Shown: positions 24,862-39,290, numbered from the whole stretch's first letter. The stretch: 63,427 bases of DNA, filler included, from Chiloscyllium plagiosum (GCF_004010195.1; 5 parts of one record of this genome joined end to end with filler, not necessarily neighbours in it), one strand, 5' to 3'. Notes: generated from the sequence alone by a model not told the origin. Numbers and translations: made by a program.

Positions 24862-27800
24862 TCCCTCCCTCTCTGAGTCTGAGGACATGGGCAGGTTCCT
24901 TTTTTTAAGATCCTGCTGGAGCATTTAATACAGGGTCAGGTTCTTCCAACTCTGCTTCTGATATAGGTGACATGTAACGCACAGTAGCTCACCTCTTGTG
25001 CCTGGTGTGGCTCAGAAAAAAAATCATTTTCTTCTTCCGGTGGCAAAGGCATCAAGGTGGCGACATTTCCTGTGTCCATCTCAGATTTTGAGGTGTCTTC
25101 AACGATTGACAGAGATGCAGAACCCATGGGTTCTGGAATGACTTTTGAGGAGCCAGGCAGGTTTGTGAGTTTGCTGCTTTCATATGGTCAATGTGCTTGT
25201 TCAGGACCATCACAACCACCCAAACTTTATACATCACTGGACATGACCATGCATTGACCATGACTCTTACCCATACAAGGACATTCCCATGGTTTCTACA
25301 CCAAACTTTGGCCTCTAAAGTAAATTGTCCCTCTTTCTTAATAGAGTCTTATGCCTGGCCATGGAGATTTATTCTTCCTCCCCAACCCCACCCTCCCAGT
25401 TCCAGGAGGATCAGATTTAACCTGGTGCAGAGTTTTCTCCCCATTAGCAGCTCTGCTGGAACTATTCCTCTAGTTGCATGAGGGATAGTTATATAATCAA
25501 ACAGAAACCGGAACAGTTTGATGTCTAGTGAAGCTATGGATAGTTTCTTTAAGGCTGCCTTCAGTGTTTGGCTGCCATTTCTGCCAGACCATAAGATGAT
25601 TGATGGATGGTTTACAGCTGTTCTTATATGATGAATAACATTTGACTTTAGGAGATCCTCAAACTCCCAGCTGGTAACTGATGACTTGTTATTTGTAACC
25701 ATCACTACTGGGAGTCTGTGTATTGCAAAAGATGTGTGCAGTTTTTCTATTGTTGTCCCTGTGTTTGACAAATGAACTCCATGCATGCCCAGTCACTTTG
25801 GGTGGGTGTCTACAATCTCTAAGAACATTGAGCCTTCCTCTGAAAGGGCCTGCATAGTCAACATGCAATCGAGTGGAGGGTTTACCTGGCCATTAGCATA
25901 GATGTGGGGAGCTGCAGGTGGGAATTTCTGTCCTTGTTGGCACTGTGGGCATGGCCCCTTCAGCTATGTCTGCATCAATCCTGACCACCAGACATATATG
26001 CCAACATCTTACAGGATGATAGCTGTTTCTTCACTTCCCTGAAAGCTATGGCCTTGTCTTCATGACCATTTCCAAGGCTGACCCATTTTTAAGAGTTGAT
26101 GCAAAGGTACCAGGATGGAGGCCAGAATATATATGAACTTTCTGTAATAATTAACCAGCCCAAGGGAAGACCTACGCTCAGGTACAGACATGGGAGCTAG
26201 GGTACCTTTGATTGCCCTCACATTACCTTTCAACAAGTACTTATAATGGGTCTTGCTAGCCCAAGTAGGTTACTTGGTGTGCCCGGTTAACACGTTTTTC
26301 CCTTCTAGGACATACGCCTGCTTGGGAGAGATGATTAAGGGCTATGTCTAATCTCTCTAAGTGCTCTTATTGGTCTTCCATGTTATTAACATGTCATGTT
26401 AATAAGTAGTGACCTGGGATAGACCTTGTAAAATGTTCATCATTGCATAGGCTGACAATGCCCAAAATGACAGACTTTTATATTAGTCCAAACCATTGTG
26501 GGTATTAATTGTAGCATACATGTGGGAATCTGCATCTAACTGCAATTGCAAGTACACGCAGCTCATGTCCAACTTCATGAAGGACAGCAGCCTTCCCAGC
26601 TTAGCATATAAATTCTCTAGATGAGGGAGTGGGTATTTATCCATCTGCAAAATGCAATTTACTATTTATTTAAAAGGCAAATTGACATGTCAGGCCTCAT
26701 AATCAATACGACCGGTGCTACCCAGTCCACAAACTGGACTGCTTCGATGATTCCTTCATTTTCTAGTCTTCTGATTTCTGTTTCTACTTTTGGCCATAAG
26801 GCAAATGACTCTGGGTGGGCCTTGCAGAATTGTGGAATTGCTTCCAGGTCATGCTAGGTGCCTTTAGCTCCTTTGAGAGACCCTAGACCTTCCTGAAAAA
26901 ACATTCTGAAAAATTTTAATTAGGACTTCTTTCAAGCAGCCATTTTCTAATCAAAAAAAGTGAAGTTTTCTAAACCAATTTTTGCCCATCAAGCTTGGGC
27001 CCGAACCTTTTACCACAATCATTGGTAACTGAACCAGCTGATTCACACAAGGGACTGGAACCAAAATTGTACCCTTAATCTGTAAAGGTTCCCCAATGTA
27101 GGTTCTTGGTCTAGACAAGGCCTTGCGCAAACTTAAAGGTTGGGGTCCAGAGCAAAGTTTGTTAAGGATTAGCTCTGTGATCGTTGAGATGTCCACGATA
27201 GTGTTAGAACTGGGTGACCATTCAACCAGAGATTTATTTTGATTGATTCTGATTTGGATATTACTAAGCAAATTAACTCTTCCAAACCAGATGGAGGTGG
27301 ACTTTCCTGAATGTGCATTCTCCTGGGTACTGGCCTATGAGTTCTCTTTGTCAATTTGTATCTTGTGGGACCCTTTTGCTATCTCAAGTTCGCATACAGG
27401 CAGCAACTACAATGGCTTGCAGGCCAGATCCTGAAAAAAATGGTATCCTTGTGGCTGAGGCTTAGCTTTGTTGTGGACTGACCTACAGTCCCTCTGTTCA
27501 GGATATGTCCTAAGTAAGAATATGCAATTATCTTAACCCAACCACTGTTCCCCAAGCTCAGTAGTACTGGTGAGGTTGTCCACTTCCAGTGGAATACTTT
27601 GCAACTCATATGTTCCACTTGCAGCATTTTCCAATGTTAAAGGCTGTTGTATTGCCTGTTTGAAATCCAGGTGAACTTCAGGTACTAGGCGCTTTTACAT
27701 GGCTACATCATTAATCCCACAAACCAAATGATCTCTCAGCATCTCATTAAGGGTTAAACCAAAGTCACATGCTTCTACCAGTTATCCTGACCTAGTCAAA

Positions 27801-27961
27801 ATTCCCATATCAATTCCTCTGCTTCTTGAATTACCAAATAAAAGTGGTGAAATTCGAGAAAACTTGGGATTGCCATATTCCTTAACAAAAATCCATCAAC
27901 TCTTAAAAGGTTTTAATATCTAGTGTCTCGGTAAAGTCAGGCTCCTAAGAACTGAAAATGT

Positions 27962-28283
27962 TTAGTTTAGATTAGATTAGATTACTTACAGTGTGGAAAC
28001 AGGCCCTTCGGCCCAACAAGTCCACACCACCCCGCCGAAGCACAACCCACCCATACCCCTACATTTACCCCTTACCTAACACTACGGGCAATTTAGCATG
28101 GCCAATTCACCTGACCCGCACATCTTTGGACTGTGGGAGGAAACCGGAGCACCCGGAGGAAACCCACGCAGACACGGGGAGAACGTGCAAACTCCACACA
28201 GTCAGTCGCCTGAGGCGGGAATTGAACCCGGGTCTCTGGCGCTGTGAGGCAGCAGTGCTAACCATTGTGCCACCGTGCCGCCC
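27962..28283 (-). mobile_element. Young HE1-type V-SINE inserted in Gypsy gag
   Basis: CpG-rich, full head to (TCTAA)n tail; nearly identical to 38645-38889. Confidence 0.93.
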
Positions 28284-28523
28284 ACTAACAGTGGGCAGCA
28301 CACAAACCCTCAGGAGAATTACTTGTTGCTTTTTGAATGCCCCAATTTTATTTGTCCAGAAAAAATAATACATTCTTTCTCCATACTGGGCCTAGTCTTC
28401 TTTGACAGTTTTGAATGAGTCAAGCTTCTCAAGTAATAGCATGATGTGAGAAATGCTTACCCGAACTCAAAGATGATGGTTGTGAACGATTTCTTCAACA
28501 TCATGCTTTCCTCTTGTCACCGC

Positions 28524-28591
28524 TGAAATAGCTTCACAGAGAACTTATATTGTATGACATCTATCTGGCTGACCTTATTACAATCACTACA
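28524..28591 (-). repeat. 5' LTR of the Gypsy element, internally deleted
   Basis: Ends TGAAATAGCTTCACAGAG and GCTGACCTTATTACAATCACTACA match both ends of 24645-24861. Confidence 0.7.
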
Positions 28592-29160
28592 GAAATAGGA
28601 GAGGGGTTAGGACCAGGAATAGGGGATGCACAAAGAGAATGGTGCTGCAGTATGACGAGGAAATGAAAGGGGAAGCATGAATATTGGAGGAAAAAGTGCA
28701 ATAGAGGATTGTGAAGGTTGGAAGGTGGAGGATCGAGAAAGAGGTCTATAAGAAAATGGGGGAGGGAGAGGAAGATTGTGCTGAAGGAAGGATGTGCGTC
28801 CCTCAGTCATATGGTCAGAAACTGGGATGTTCAAAAATGATTGCTCAATATTTAGCACTATTTATAATTCTTTAGATACTGAAGTACACCTGTCCAAATG
28901 CAGTTGGACTTTAACAGTATCCAAATCTGGGCTGATGAGCAGCAGGTAACACTTGCACCACACAGATGCCAGGAAATGACCATATCCAACACAATAGAAT
29001 CTAGCCTTTGCCTCTTGATATTCAATAGTACTATCATCCCTGAAGTCCTGAGGATGGGGTGGTGTTGGGTAGTGGTAGGAGTTAGTATTGACCAGAAACA
29101 GTACTGGATGTACCACATAAATACTATGGATACAAGAGCAAATTAGAGACTGAGAAATCT

Positions 29161-29369
29161 ATTAGGAGACAGTGAAGACTGCAAAGGCTGGAGATCAGAT
29201 TTAAGAGTGTGGCACTGGAAAAGCATAGCAGGTCAGGCAGCATCCAAGGGGCAGGAGAATCGACCTTTTGGGCATAATTCCTATTAAAGGCTTATGCCCG
29301 AAATGTCGATTCTCCTGCTCCTTGGATGCTGCCTGACCTGCTGTGCTTTTCCAGCAACACATTCACAAC
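29161..29369. mobile_element. PLE-derived fold-back mini-element with 12 bp TSD
   Basis: TSD ACTGAGAAATCT 29149-29160/29370-29381; inverted arms meet in the hammerhead region. Confidence 0.85.
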
Positions 29370-32300
29370 ACTGAGAAATCTGTGCCTCCCCAAAGCCTGT
29401 CCACCATGTATAAGGCTTAAGTCAGGATTTGTGGAATTTTTTCCATTTTTCTGGATGAATGCAGCTCCAACAATAGTTTGACATCTTCCAGGAGCAAGAA
29501 AATATGAGAAACATCACCTGCAGGTTCCACTCCAAGTTGCACACTGTCCAGACTCAGAACTGTACCTTCAGCGTTGTTAGGTTAAAGTAAAAAATCTCCC
29601 TTGTAACAGCATCGTGAATGTATTGGTTGGGCCAGCATTTATTACCCAAATCACATTGCCCTTGTGAAGTTAGTGCTATGCTACCTTCTTGAACTGTTGT
29701 AGTCCTTGGGTTATAGGTACACTACAGCACTGTAAGGAAAGCAGTTCCAGTATTTTTACTCAGTTATAATGAAGAAACAGTGATATTTTGAAATCAGGAT
29801 AGTTTGTAGTTTTGAAGGTAATTTGCTTATAGTGGTGCTCCTGTTAATCTGCTGCCCTTGTTCTTCTAGATGGAAGAGATCATGTCACAAACATAGTCAG
29901 AAATTGCTGGAAAATCTCAGCAGGTCTGGCATCATCTATGGAGAGAAAACAGTGTTAATGTTTTAGGTCCAGTAACCCTTCTTCAGAACATGGATTATGT
30001 GTTTGGAAAGTTGACAAAGGAGATTTGAAAAGTTATTGCAGTGATCCTTGCAGACTGCTGCTACTGGACTGTCAGTGGTGAAGGAGATGAATGTTAAAAG
30101 TGTATAATGGGATTCAAATCAAGTGGGATGTTTTTTTCCCTGTATAATGTCAAGTTTTTGAGTGGTGTTGGTGATGCACCCTTCAAGGGTGGAGAATATT
30201 CCTTCACCCTCTTGACTTATGCATGTAAATGGAGTCAGGAGGTGTGTCACTTGTTGCTGGATTCTGAGTCTCTGACTTGCAATTATGGCTGTTTAAATTC
30301 AGTTCTGGTCAAAGGTTAACCCCAGAATATTGGTTGCAAACTTTCAGCAATGATAAAGCCACTGAACATCAAGGGGCATTGATTGGAATTTGGCATTTCC
30401 TGGCACTGGTGTGGCACGATTGTTGCTTGGTATTGATCAAACCAAGTCTGGATATTGTCTAGGTCATGCTGCATTTGGATTTTGACTGCATCAATACCTG
30501 AGGAGTTGTGAATGGTGCTGAACATTGTGCAATCAAATTAATATTTCATTCTGATCTTACGATACAGGTAGGTCATTGAAGCAGCTGAGGATGGTTAGGC
30601 CTATGACACTAACTTGAGAAATTCCTGCAACTATATGCTGAAATGAGATAAGTGATGTCTAATAACCACAATCACCTCCAAATATGTGAGTGTTGGTGTC
30701 CTGATGTGGAACAATCCAGAATTAGGGGTCTTATTATAAGTTAAGCTTTTTGAACATTTATGACTGAGATAAGGAGACTTTTTATTTAATGCAGAGCTTT
30801 GTAAACCTTTGGAAATCTCTCACTCAACAGGCTGTGGGTTTTATATGTTCAAAACTGACATCACTGAGTTTTCAATGACAGAGAGAATCAAGTGATATGG
30901 CATTGAAATGTGGAATTAATGTCAAAGCATAGCCAAGATCTTAGTGAATAATAAATCAGGCTAATGGAGGTATATGGCTTGGTACTGTTTCTCATTTACT
31001 CCCTAAAGTTTGTGTCCTTGAGTTCTGAACCATCCAGAACTGGTAAGTATCTGCCTTATGTCTACACAATAAAACTCCTTCATCAATTCTGAAGACCTCT
31101 ATCAGTCACATTGTATTGATGCCTGAATCAAAGCACCTTTAACAATTGAATTTTCTGATCAGAGGGCAGCAGCTTAACTGAAGGGGACGACTGAAAGTGT
31201 TCTTGTCACACACAGTTACTTAACAACTTTGTGATCAAGCATTAACATGCCCTTTTTCTTCTTCAAAGAGGCACTGTGGCTCTTAGATATTGTCTTTGGG
31301 AATGTAAACTGAGTTCTTTTGAAGTTCCAATGAAGGTGCAGCTTGCACTTAGTTGTGTGACACAAAACAAGAGAGCTTTTTAACACAACTGTAACTTTTT
31401 TCTATGTCTATTGATGATAAAATCTTAGTTATAAAAGATCCAATCCTGAAGGATGGCAGGTGGGGAGGGTTCAGATACAGTACAAGAAAGATGAATAAAC
31501 AAAATACAAACAGTACACCTCTGAAGCACTGCATAAACTCTATCATTTTAATAATTAAATAGCAAAGATTGCTAAAAAGCTCCTTGAAAATGTATTGGTA
31601 CATTGTCACTTTGAAAAATGTGGAAGTTTTTCAAACTTTAATGTAGTATTTTACTTCAGGATTGCATCAGTGAACTTCCTTGAAATGAGCTTTATGAAAT
31701 ATTCTAAGGGCAAACTTTAACCATAGAAACACTGAAGTATGTTACCAGCTGAGTCAAATGAACAAAGAAAGGATTCCTACTTAGAGGAAATTGTATTTCA
31801 TTTAAAATGTTGCTGTGCTCACGAAGCAAATAATTAAAGATGATAAAGATACGTAGATAATTGTACCTTTCTCATAACTTTCTCTTTTCTGCTCTGATGA
31901 GCAGTGATATCTCATTTTCCCAATATCCGAATCCTCACAGTTTGCCCTATTTGGGCAGGGAGCATCTGCACAAGACACCATCATTACTATGGAGACAGTT
32001 GTCAGGGAGATGGCAAGGTCATGTGCAGAAGAGGGAATAATTGATGGCCAAGCATTTGAAACATAAGAAAAGTGTGTTAGTTGTCAAACATCATAACGTA
32101 AAAAAGGACCTGCCATCAAACAACATTGTGTGCTAAGATCACTAAATGGAAGCAAATTTCAGGATGATGTACCTGTGAGAAAATATAATAAAAATGAATA
32201 AGCGCATAGCAAGTTCCTCTATTAATCATTATGTCTTTTTTCAGTCATCTTCATTTTTGTGATTAAAGAAGGAAAGAATTTTGCAGGGAAATGAGGGCAA

Positions 32301-32779
32301 ATTAGATTAAATAACTTTATCTGCTACCTTGGTTTTTGAATATCTTCCTTCACACTGCTTTTGTGAGTAAATATCAGAAATTCAGATGTTCTATTTTATT
32401 CATTTGTAATTGCTGCCCATGTTTCCTTAGTATTTATTTATGGATGTGATTGTCACTGACCAGGCTAGCAGATGTCACCCTTCTCTAATTGCTCATGAGA
32501 AGATGGTGGCAAGCAGCCTTTTTGAAAGACTTCAGTCCTTAGGATAGGTATGCCCACAGTGCTGTTACGAAGGGAGTTCCAGGATTTTGACACCACAACA
32601 GTGGAGGAATAGTGACCAAGTTAAAATGGTTAGGATTGAAGGCTGACTTGGCAGGGTCAAAATATGAGAAACAAAAAGAGGAGTAGTCATACAAATCCTC
32701 AAGTCCACTCCATCATTTAACAAGACAATTACTGATCTTCTCCATCATTTTTACTTACCTGCATTATCCTCACTTTCTT

Positions 32780-33075
32780 ACTACTGCCTCACAGCACCAG
32801 GGTCCCAGGTTCGATTCCAGCCTCAGGTAGCTGTCTGTGTCGAGTTTGCGCATACTCCCTGTGTCTGCGTGGGTTTCCTCCGGGTGCTCCGGTTTCCTCC
32901 CACAGTCCAAAGATGTACAGATTAGGTGAATTGGCCATGCTAAATTGCCCGTAGTGCTAGGTGCATTAGTCAGAGGAAAATGGGTCTGTGTGGGTTACTG
33001 TTCGAAGGGTCGGTGTGGACTGGTTGGGCCAAAGGGCCTGTTTCCACATTGTAGGGAATCTAATCTAATCTAATC
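32780..33075 (+). mobile_element. HE1-type V-SINE, 5' truncated
   Basis: B box, V-domain, tail, (AATCT)n. Confidence 0.9.
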
Positions 33076-33575
33076 TTCAATTTCCTTATACCTGAATTTT
33101 ATAATGACAGAGAAGGCCTCGATCTCAACCAAAATGGTGCTCAACCAAAATGGTGCTCAAGCCCAGATTCTCTGCAACCTGCTCTAAACTTGATGTTTCT
33201 TTGGAAGCAGTGTGGCCATCTGTGGAAGGATTCTAAGTTGTGCATCTACGGTCCACAGAGGTAACCACACAATTTAAAGTGCAGTTGCCTACAAACACAA
33301 AAAACAAACAATTTTCACTTGTGAAATTTCCAAAGCATGATTTGTGAGGCTTTACATTTTTGCAGAGAAAATCTAAAGCTGTTGGAGAGGGAAGAAACCC
33401 CTTGAGAGTGCACTTTTGGATAGATAATCACTATTAGAATAGGTCAAGTGTACTTCTGGATTGTTAAAAAATAGGCATGAATGTTCAAATCATTTCCTGA
33501 CTTTGAAATATATTGTTTCTTCAATGCCATTTGGTCAAAATTCTGGAATTCCGACCCTAATAAGATTATAAGTCT

Positions 33576-33769
33576 GGAAAAGCACAGCCAGTCAGGCAGC
33601 ATGTGAGGAGCAAGAGAGTTGATGTTTTGAGCATAAGCTATCCTGATGAAGAGCTTATGTTCGAAACGTTGACTCTCCTGCTCCTTGGATGCTGCCTTAC
33701 CAGCTGCACTTTTCCAGCACCACACATTTTGACTTTGATCTCCAGCATCTACAGTCCTCACCTTCTCCG
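33576..33769. mobile_element. PLE-derived fold-back mini-element with hammerhead motif and 13 bp TSD
   Basis: TSD AGATTATAAGTCT 33563-33575 / AGATTATGGGTCT 33770-33782; CTGATGA-A-GAGC-TTAT-GTTC-GAAAC-GTT at 33643-33670. Confidence 0.8.
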
Positions 33770-34325
33770 AGATTATGGGTCTATCAGCAGCATATAGACT
33801 TCTCAAGGTTGAATAGGGATAGGCAATAATTGCTGGCCAATCCAAGTAGACCAACATGTCATGAATTCAAAAACAGAAATCACTATCATATATGGTAATC
33901 ATGCCACAGACACTGACTTGTCATTACCGATATTAGGTAATCCCTAATCTATTTTATTTGAGTGCTCATGTCCATGTACTCAGTGTCTTCTAGAGTCAGA
34001 CATTTCTGCATACATACCAGGGAACTTCATCTCAAGGGTTTAACTGTGTAAATCTCTGATATCACCATAAGGTTCCTTGGGGTTCTAATCCCTCACACAA
34101 TAGATTAACTCAAATTGGATTGGATTGGTGCCAATGAGACAATGGATCGATACCTTTTCTGGCAAGGATGCATTTGGAACCTATCTCTTTGTCCTACCAG
34201 TGATGAAGATTATACCATGTGGGTCAGTCCAGGCTTTGGGCAGAGGGCTGAAGAAAAATAAGAAATTATAAGCAAAGCAGATTTATGGTACAGCTTAACT
34301 ATGATCTAATTGAATCGGGAAGCTT

Positions 34326-35325
34326 GGAGTCATAAAGCTGTATAAGATGGAAACAGACTCTGGTCCAACTTGTCCATGCTGAACAGATATCCTAAATTAA
34401 GCTAGTACCATTTTCCAGCATTTGGCCCATATCCCTCTAAACCCTTCCTTTCATATACCCATCCTGATGCTTTTTAAATGTTATATTTGTACTAACTTCC
34501 ACCACTTCCTCTGGCAGCTCATTCTACACACACACACACCACACATTGCATGAAAATGTTGCCCCATAGGTCCTGTTTAATCTTTCCCTTCTCATCTTAA
34601 ACCTATGCCTTCTACTTTTGAACTCTCCCACTCAGGGAAAAGATCTTGACTATTCAGCCTATACATGCCCCTCAGGTTTTATAAACCTCTATAAGGTCAC
34701 CCCTCAGCCTCTGATGCTCTCAGGAAAATAGCTCCAGCCTATTCAGCCTCTCCCAATAGCTCAAACCCTTCAACCCTGGCAATATCTTTGTAAGTCTTTT
34801 CTGAATCCTTTCAAGTTTCACAGAGTTCTTCATATAGCAGGAAGACCAGAACAAAATGCGGTATTCTAAAAGTTGCCTAACCAATATCCTGTACAGCTGC
34901 GATGTGACTTCCCAACTCTTATACTCAGTACACTGACTACTAAAGGCAAGGATACCAAATGCCTTCTTCGCTATCCTGTCTATCTGCGACTCTACTTTGA
35001 AAAAACTATGAACAGACACTCCAAGGTCTGTTTGTTCAGCAACAGTCCCCAGGACCTTTCCATTAACTGTATAAGTCCTGTCCTGATTTGCCTTTCCAAA
35101 ATGCAACACTCACATTTATCTAAATTAAACTCCATCTACCACTCCTCAGCCCATTTGACCTGATCAAGGTCCTGTTGTACTCTGAGGTAACCTTCTTCAC
35201 TGTCCACTACACCTCCAATTTTGGTGTCATTTGCAAACCATGTTTCCATTTATATAAATGATGAAAAGCTATGGACCCAGCATTGATCCTTGTGGGCCAT
35301 CGTTAGTCATAGGCCTTCAGTCAAG
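34326..35325 (-). mobile_element. CR1 LINE 3' fragment
   Basis: ORF 34720..35109 LHFGKANQ...DLGVSVH...LYRILVRQLLEY; tail at ~34330. Confidence 0.9.
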
Positions 35326-35944
35326 CAAAGTCAAAGGAGCTGATGATTTCCACCCATTTCTATCTGTCACTTAATAGAGCCTCCTAATTTGGACCCACGT
35401 ATCCAATTTGTCTTCACTGCATATAACATCTCACATCATTAAACTTTCATCGACTAAATTATCCTTTCCATGAAAAGTTCTTGATGGCTTGTATTGGAGA
35501 ATGCCTCTGTACCAATACCCTCTTTGAAGCAGCAGTTTATTTTCTTTTGAATAACAGTCAGTGAATTTAGAATTTGCTGACAGTCTGTGTATATAATAAT
35601 ATTTGACATTTCCATTGCTCAGCTAAGTTCAAAATCAAATGTCTGATAGGCAGCTGCTCCTCACTGCATTCAGCCTTCAGTCTGTAACAAAAGGGAAAAA
35701 AGCCATATCCAGCAGCATCATTTGTGAAAATGTCAAACTCGTAATCAGAAGTTGGTTGGATGTTTTTCTGGTACTTCTCTGTCTAGGTGTAGGTCAGGCA
35801 AAAGTAGTAGCCTACCAGGGCAAAAAGTGTCAAACACATTATGCCATAAAACAATGCCCTAGTTATTTGTTGATGTTCATAACAATTGACTACCTGACTT
35901 GGTATACTTGTTTAATGATGGTTTAGCAGGAGGAGAAGATGCAT

Positions 35945-37460
35945 GAGAAGTTTCATTTAGGTAAATGTGGGGTGTTGCATTTTGGGAAGGCAAATCAGGC
36001 TAGGAGGAATGCATTTAATACAGTCATAGAGTCATAGAATCATAGACTAATACAGCGTGGAAATGTGCCCTTCAGCTCAAACTAATCCGTGCTGACTATG
36101 ATTGCCACTCAGCAAGTTCCAATCGCCTGCATTTGCTCCATATCCCTCTACAATCTTCACATCCATGTACCTATTCAAATGGTTTTTAGATGTTGCTATT
36201 GTACCCATCTCAACCACTTCCTCTGGCAGCTCATTCCATATATGCACCACCTTCTGTGTGAATAAATTGCCCCTCAGGTCCTTGTTAAATCTTTCCCCTC
36301 TCACCTTAAACCTATGCCTCTAGTTTTCAATTCCCCATCCCTGGGAAAAAGACTATATGCATCCATCCTATCGATGCCCCTCATGATTTTATCAATAAAG
36401 TTATCCCTCCTTCTCTACAGTCCAATGAATAAAGTCCTAATGATGAGGTGCTGGGGAGTGTTGCTGAACAAAGAGACCTTGGAGTGCAGTTTCATAGTTC
36501 CTTGAAAATGGAGTCACAGGTAGACAGGTTAGTGAAGAAGGTGTTTAGTATGCTTGCCTTTATTGGTTAGTGCACTGAGTATGGGAGTTGGGAGATCATG
36601 TTGTGGCTATACAGGATATTAGTTAGGCCACTTTCGGAATACTGCATTCTGTTCTGGTCTCCCTGCTTTAGGAAGAATGTTGTGAAATTTGAAAAGGTTC
36701 AGAAAAAATTCACAAGGATGTTGCCAGGGTTGGACGGTTTGAGCTATAGGGAGAGGCTGAATAGACTGAACCTACTTTCCCTCGATCGCAGAGGCTGAAG
36801 GGTGATTTTATAGAGATGTATAAAATTATGATGGGCATAGATATGGTGAATAGGCAAGGTCTTTTCCCCAGGGTAGCAGAGTTCAACCTAGAGGGCATAG
36901 ATTTAAGGTGAGAGGGGAAAGATTAAAAAGGACCTAAGAGGTAAGTTTTTCACGCAGAGGGTAGTGTGTGTATGGAATGTGCTGCCAGAGGAGTTGGTAG
37001 AGACTGGTACAATTACGTCATTTGCGAGGCATCTGGATGAATATTTGAATAGGAAGGGTTTAGCGGTCTTTGGGCCATTTGCTAGCAAATGAGTCTAGAT
37101 TAGATTAGATTCCCTACAGTGCGGAAACAGGCCCTTCTGTCCAACAAGTTTACACTGACCCTCCGAAGAGTAACCCACCTACTCACATACTCCCTACTAA
37201 TGCACCTATCACTTTGGGTAACTTAGCATGGCCAATTCATCTGACCCGCACATATTTGGACTGTGGGAGGAAACCGGAGCACCTGAAGGAAACCCACGCA
37301 GACACAGGGAGAATGTGCAAACTCCACGCAGACAATCGCACGAGGCTGGAATTGAACCCGAGTCCCTGGTGCTGCAAGGCAGCAGTGCTAACCACTGTGC
37401 CACAGTGCCAAGTTGAACCAAAGGGTCTGTTTCCATTCTGTACAATTCTTTGACTCTATC
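35945..37460 (+). mobile_element. CR1 3' fragment interrupted by an antisense CR1 (36022-36440) and an HE1
   Basis: LHFGKANQ region at 35975 resumes at ~36440; LYRILVRPLSEYC; tail resumes at 37410. Confidence 0.85.
37096..37409 (-). mobile_element. HE1-type V-SINE
   Basis: Full head, V-domain and tail. Confidence 0.9.
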
Positions 37461-37562
37461 ACTGTAAGTAATGAATCCACCAGAAAGGTTCTCCAAGCAC
37501 GAGAAAGACCTGAGCTTAGCTGTTCACCACAGGTCATCCGCACACAAAGAATTTACATGAGT

Positions 37563-39290
37563 ACATAAGAACTAGGTGCAAGAGTAGGCATTCAGCACCT
37601 AATCCATCATTTAGTATGATAATGACTGATCTCATCTTGGCCTCAACTCTACATTCCTAACCACTTCCCGTTAACCTTCAACTCTTTACAAATTAAGAAT
37701 TGTTATCTCCTTAAATATACTCAATGTTGTGACATCTACCTCAATCTGAGGGAATGAGTTTCATAGATTCACAATCCTTTGAGAGAATTAATTTCTCCTC
37801 ATCTCTGTTCTAAATCAGCTATCCTTGATAACCCTGATCCTTAAACTTTGACCTCTCATTCTACACTGGCCCACATCAGGAAACATGTTCTCTATGTCTA
37901 CTTTGTCAATTCCTTTAACATCAATTATATCTCCTCTCATTCTGCTAATCTCCAGAGAGTGTCAGCCTAAATGTCAATTTCTCTTTATAAGCCAAATCCC
38001 TCATCTCTGGAATCAATAAAGTGAACTTTCCTCTGAACTACCTCCAAAGCAACTACATATCTGCTCAAGTATGGAGACCAAAACTACACCCAAACTCCAG
38101 GTGCAGCCTCATTAATGCCTTGTACAGATGCAACAACTTCCCGACTTTTATATTTTGTTCCTTTAGCAATAAATGCCAAAATTCAATTTGCCTCCTTATT
38201 AGGACAGCATGACATCTCAGTAGTTAGCACTACTCCTTCACAGTGCCAGGAACCTGGATTCAATTCCAGTCTTGGGTAACTGTATGGAGTTTACACATTC
38301 TCTCTATGTCTGTTTGGGTTTACTCCAAGTGCTTGGTTTTGTCTCACAGTCCAAAGATGTGGAGATTGTGTGGATTGGCCATGTAAAATGACCCAGTAGT
38401 GCACAGGTTACATGGGTTAGCCTTTGAAAATATGGTGATAGTGAGGGGGAGCTGCGCCTGGGTGAGATGCTCTGCAGAGGTTCGGCACAGACTTAATAGG
38501 CTAAATGGCTTCTTTCCGCACTGTCGGGATTCTATGATTACCCGCATATTAATTTTCTGCAATTTATGCACAAGACACCCAGATATCCCTGCACTGAAGC
38601 ACACTGAAGTTTTTCTCCATTTAGGTAATATATTGCCTTACTATTAGATTAGATTAGATTACATTACAGTGTGGAAACAGGCCCTTCGGCCCAACAAGTC
38701 CACACCGACCCGCCGAAGCGAAACCCACCCATACCCCTACATTTACCCCTTNNNNNNNNNNNNNNNNNNNNNNNNNNNNNNNNNNNNNACGTGCAAACTC
38801 CACACAGTCAGTCGCCTGAGGCGGGAATTGAACCCGGGTCTCAGGCGCTGTGAGGCAGCAGTGCTAACCACTGTGCCACCGTGCCGCCCACAATTCTTCT
38901 GCTGACCAAAATGGATAGCGTCACACTTATCCATGTTAAATTTCATCTGCCAAGTTTTAAACTCCCTCTGCCAAATTTTGGCCCACTCACCAAATTTATT
39001 GCTTGTAAATGCTGGCCTAGACAGTGACACCCTCATCCCATCAATGAATTTAAAAAAAGATTCTCATCTTTTTATTGAAACTTACTTTCTTACTTTTTTA
39101 GTGTTATCTGCAAAATTGCCAATTGCACTTTTTAGACCTGCACCCAAATCACTGCTATAGTTTGTTAATATATGGTGCCCAAGAAACAAACCTGTGGCAC
39201 CCCACCAGTTAGATCTTACCAAGCAGAAAAAGACAATTTATCCTGACTGTTTACATTGTATTAGTTAGCCAATCCTCTATCCAAACTAAT
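37563..39290 (-). mobile_element. Old CR1 fragment interrupted by HE1 copies at 38202-38539(+) and 38645-38889(-)
   Basis: EWAKIWQ..WQMKFNMDKCDAIHFG; tail ACATAAGAACTAGGTGCAAGAGTAGGC. Confidence 0.75.

Larger units (their letters stand above)
24645..28591 (-). mobile_element. Decayed full-length Gypsy/Ty3 (K02A2.6-like) LTR retrotransposon
   Basis: gag (YFFWTNKI), protease (LRTYIGEPLQIKG-like, GPSLMGKNW), RT, integrase (FAIHRLPVVMVTNN...PHATRGIVPAELLMGRKL); two LTRs, PPT, PBS-like site, TSD GAAAC/GAAAT. Confidence 0.88.

Noticed and set aside
29899..29990. Old PLE 3' end with hammerhead-like CTGAAGA (also 23892 and ~45440-45490)
   Set aside because: GAAA core and palindrome eroded; treated as dead relics
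31941..32066. Protein-like frame FALFGQGASAQDTIITMETVVREMARSCAEEG after CACAG
   Set aside because: Short, unrecognised, with no supporting upstream exon
33124..33160. Short tandem duplications (16 bp here; also ~11110-11143 and ~47836-47889)
   Set aside because: Ordinary slippage products; not CRISPR-like arrays
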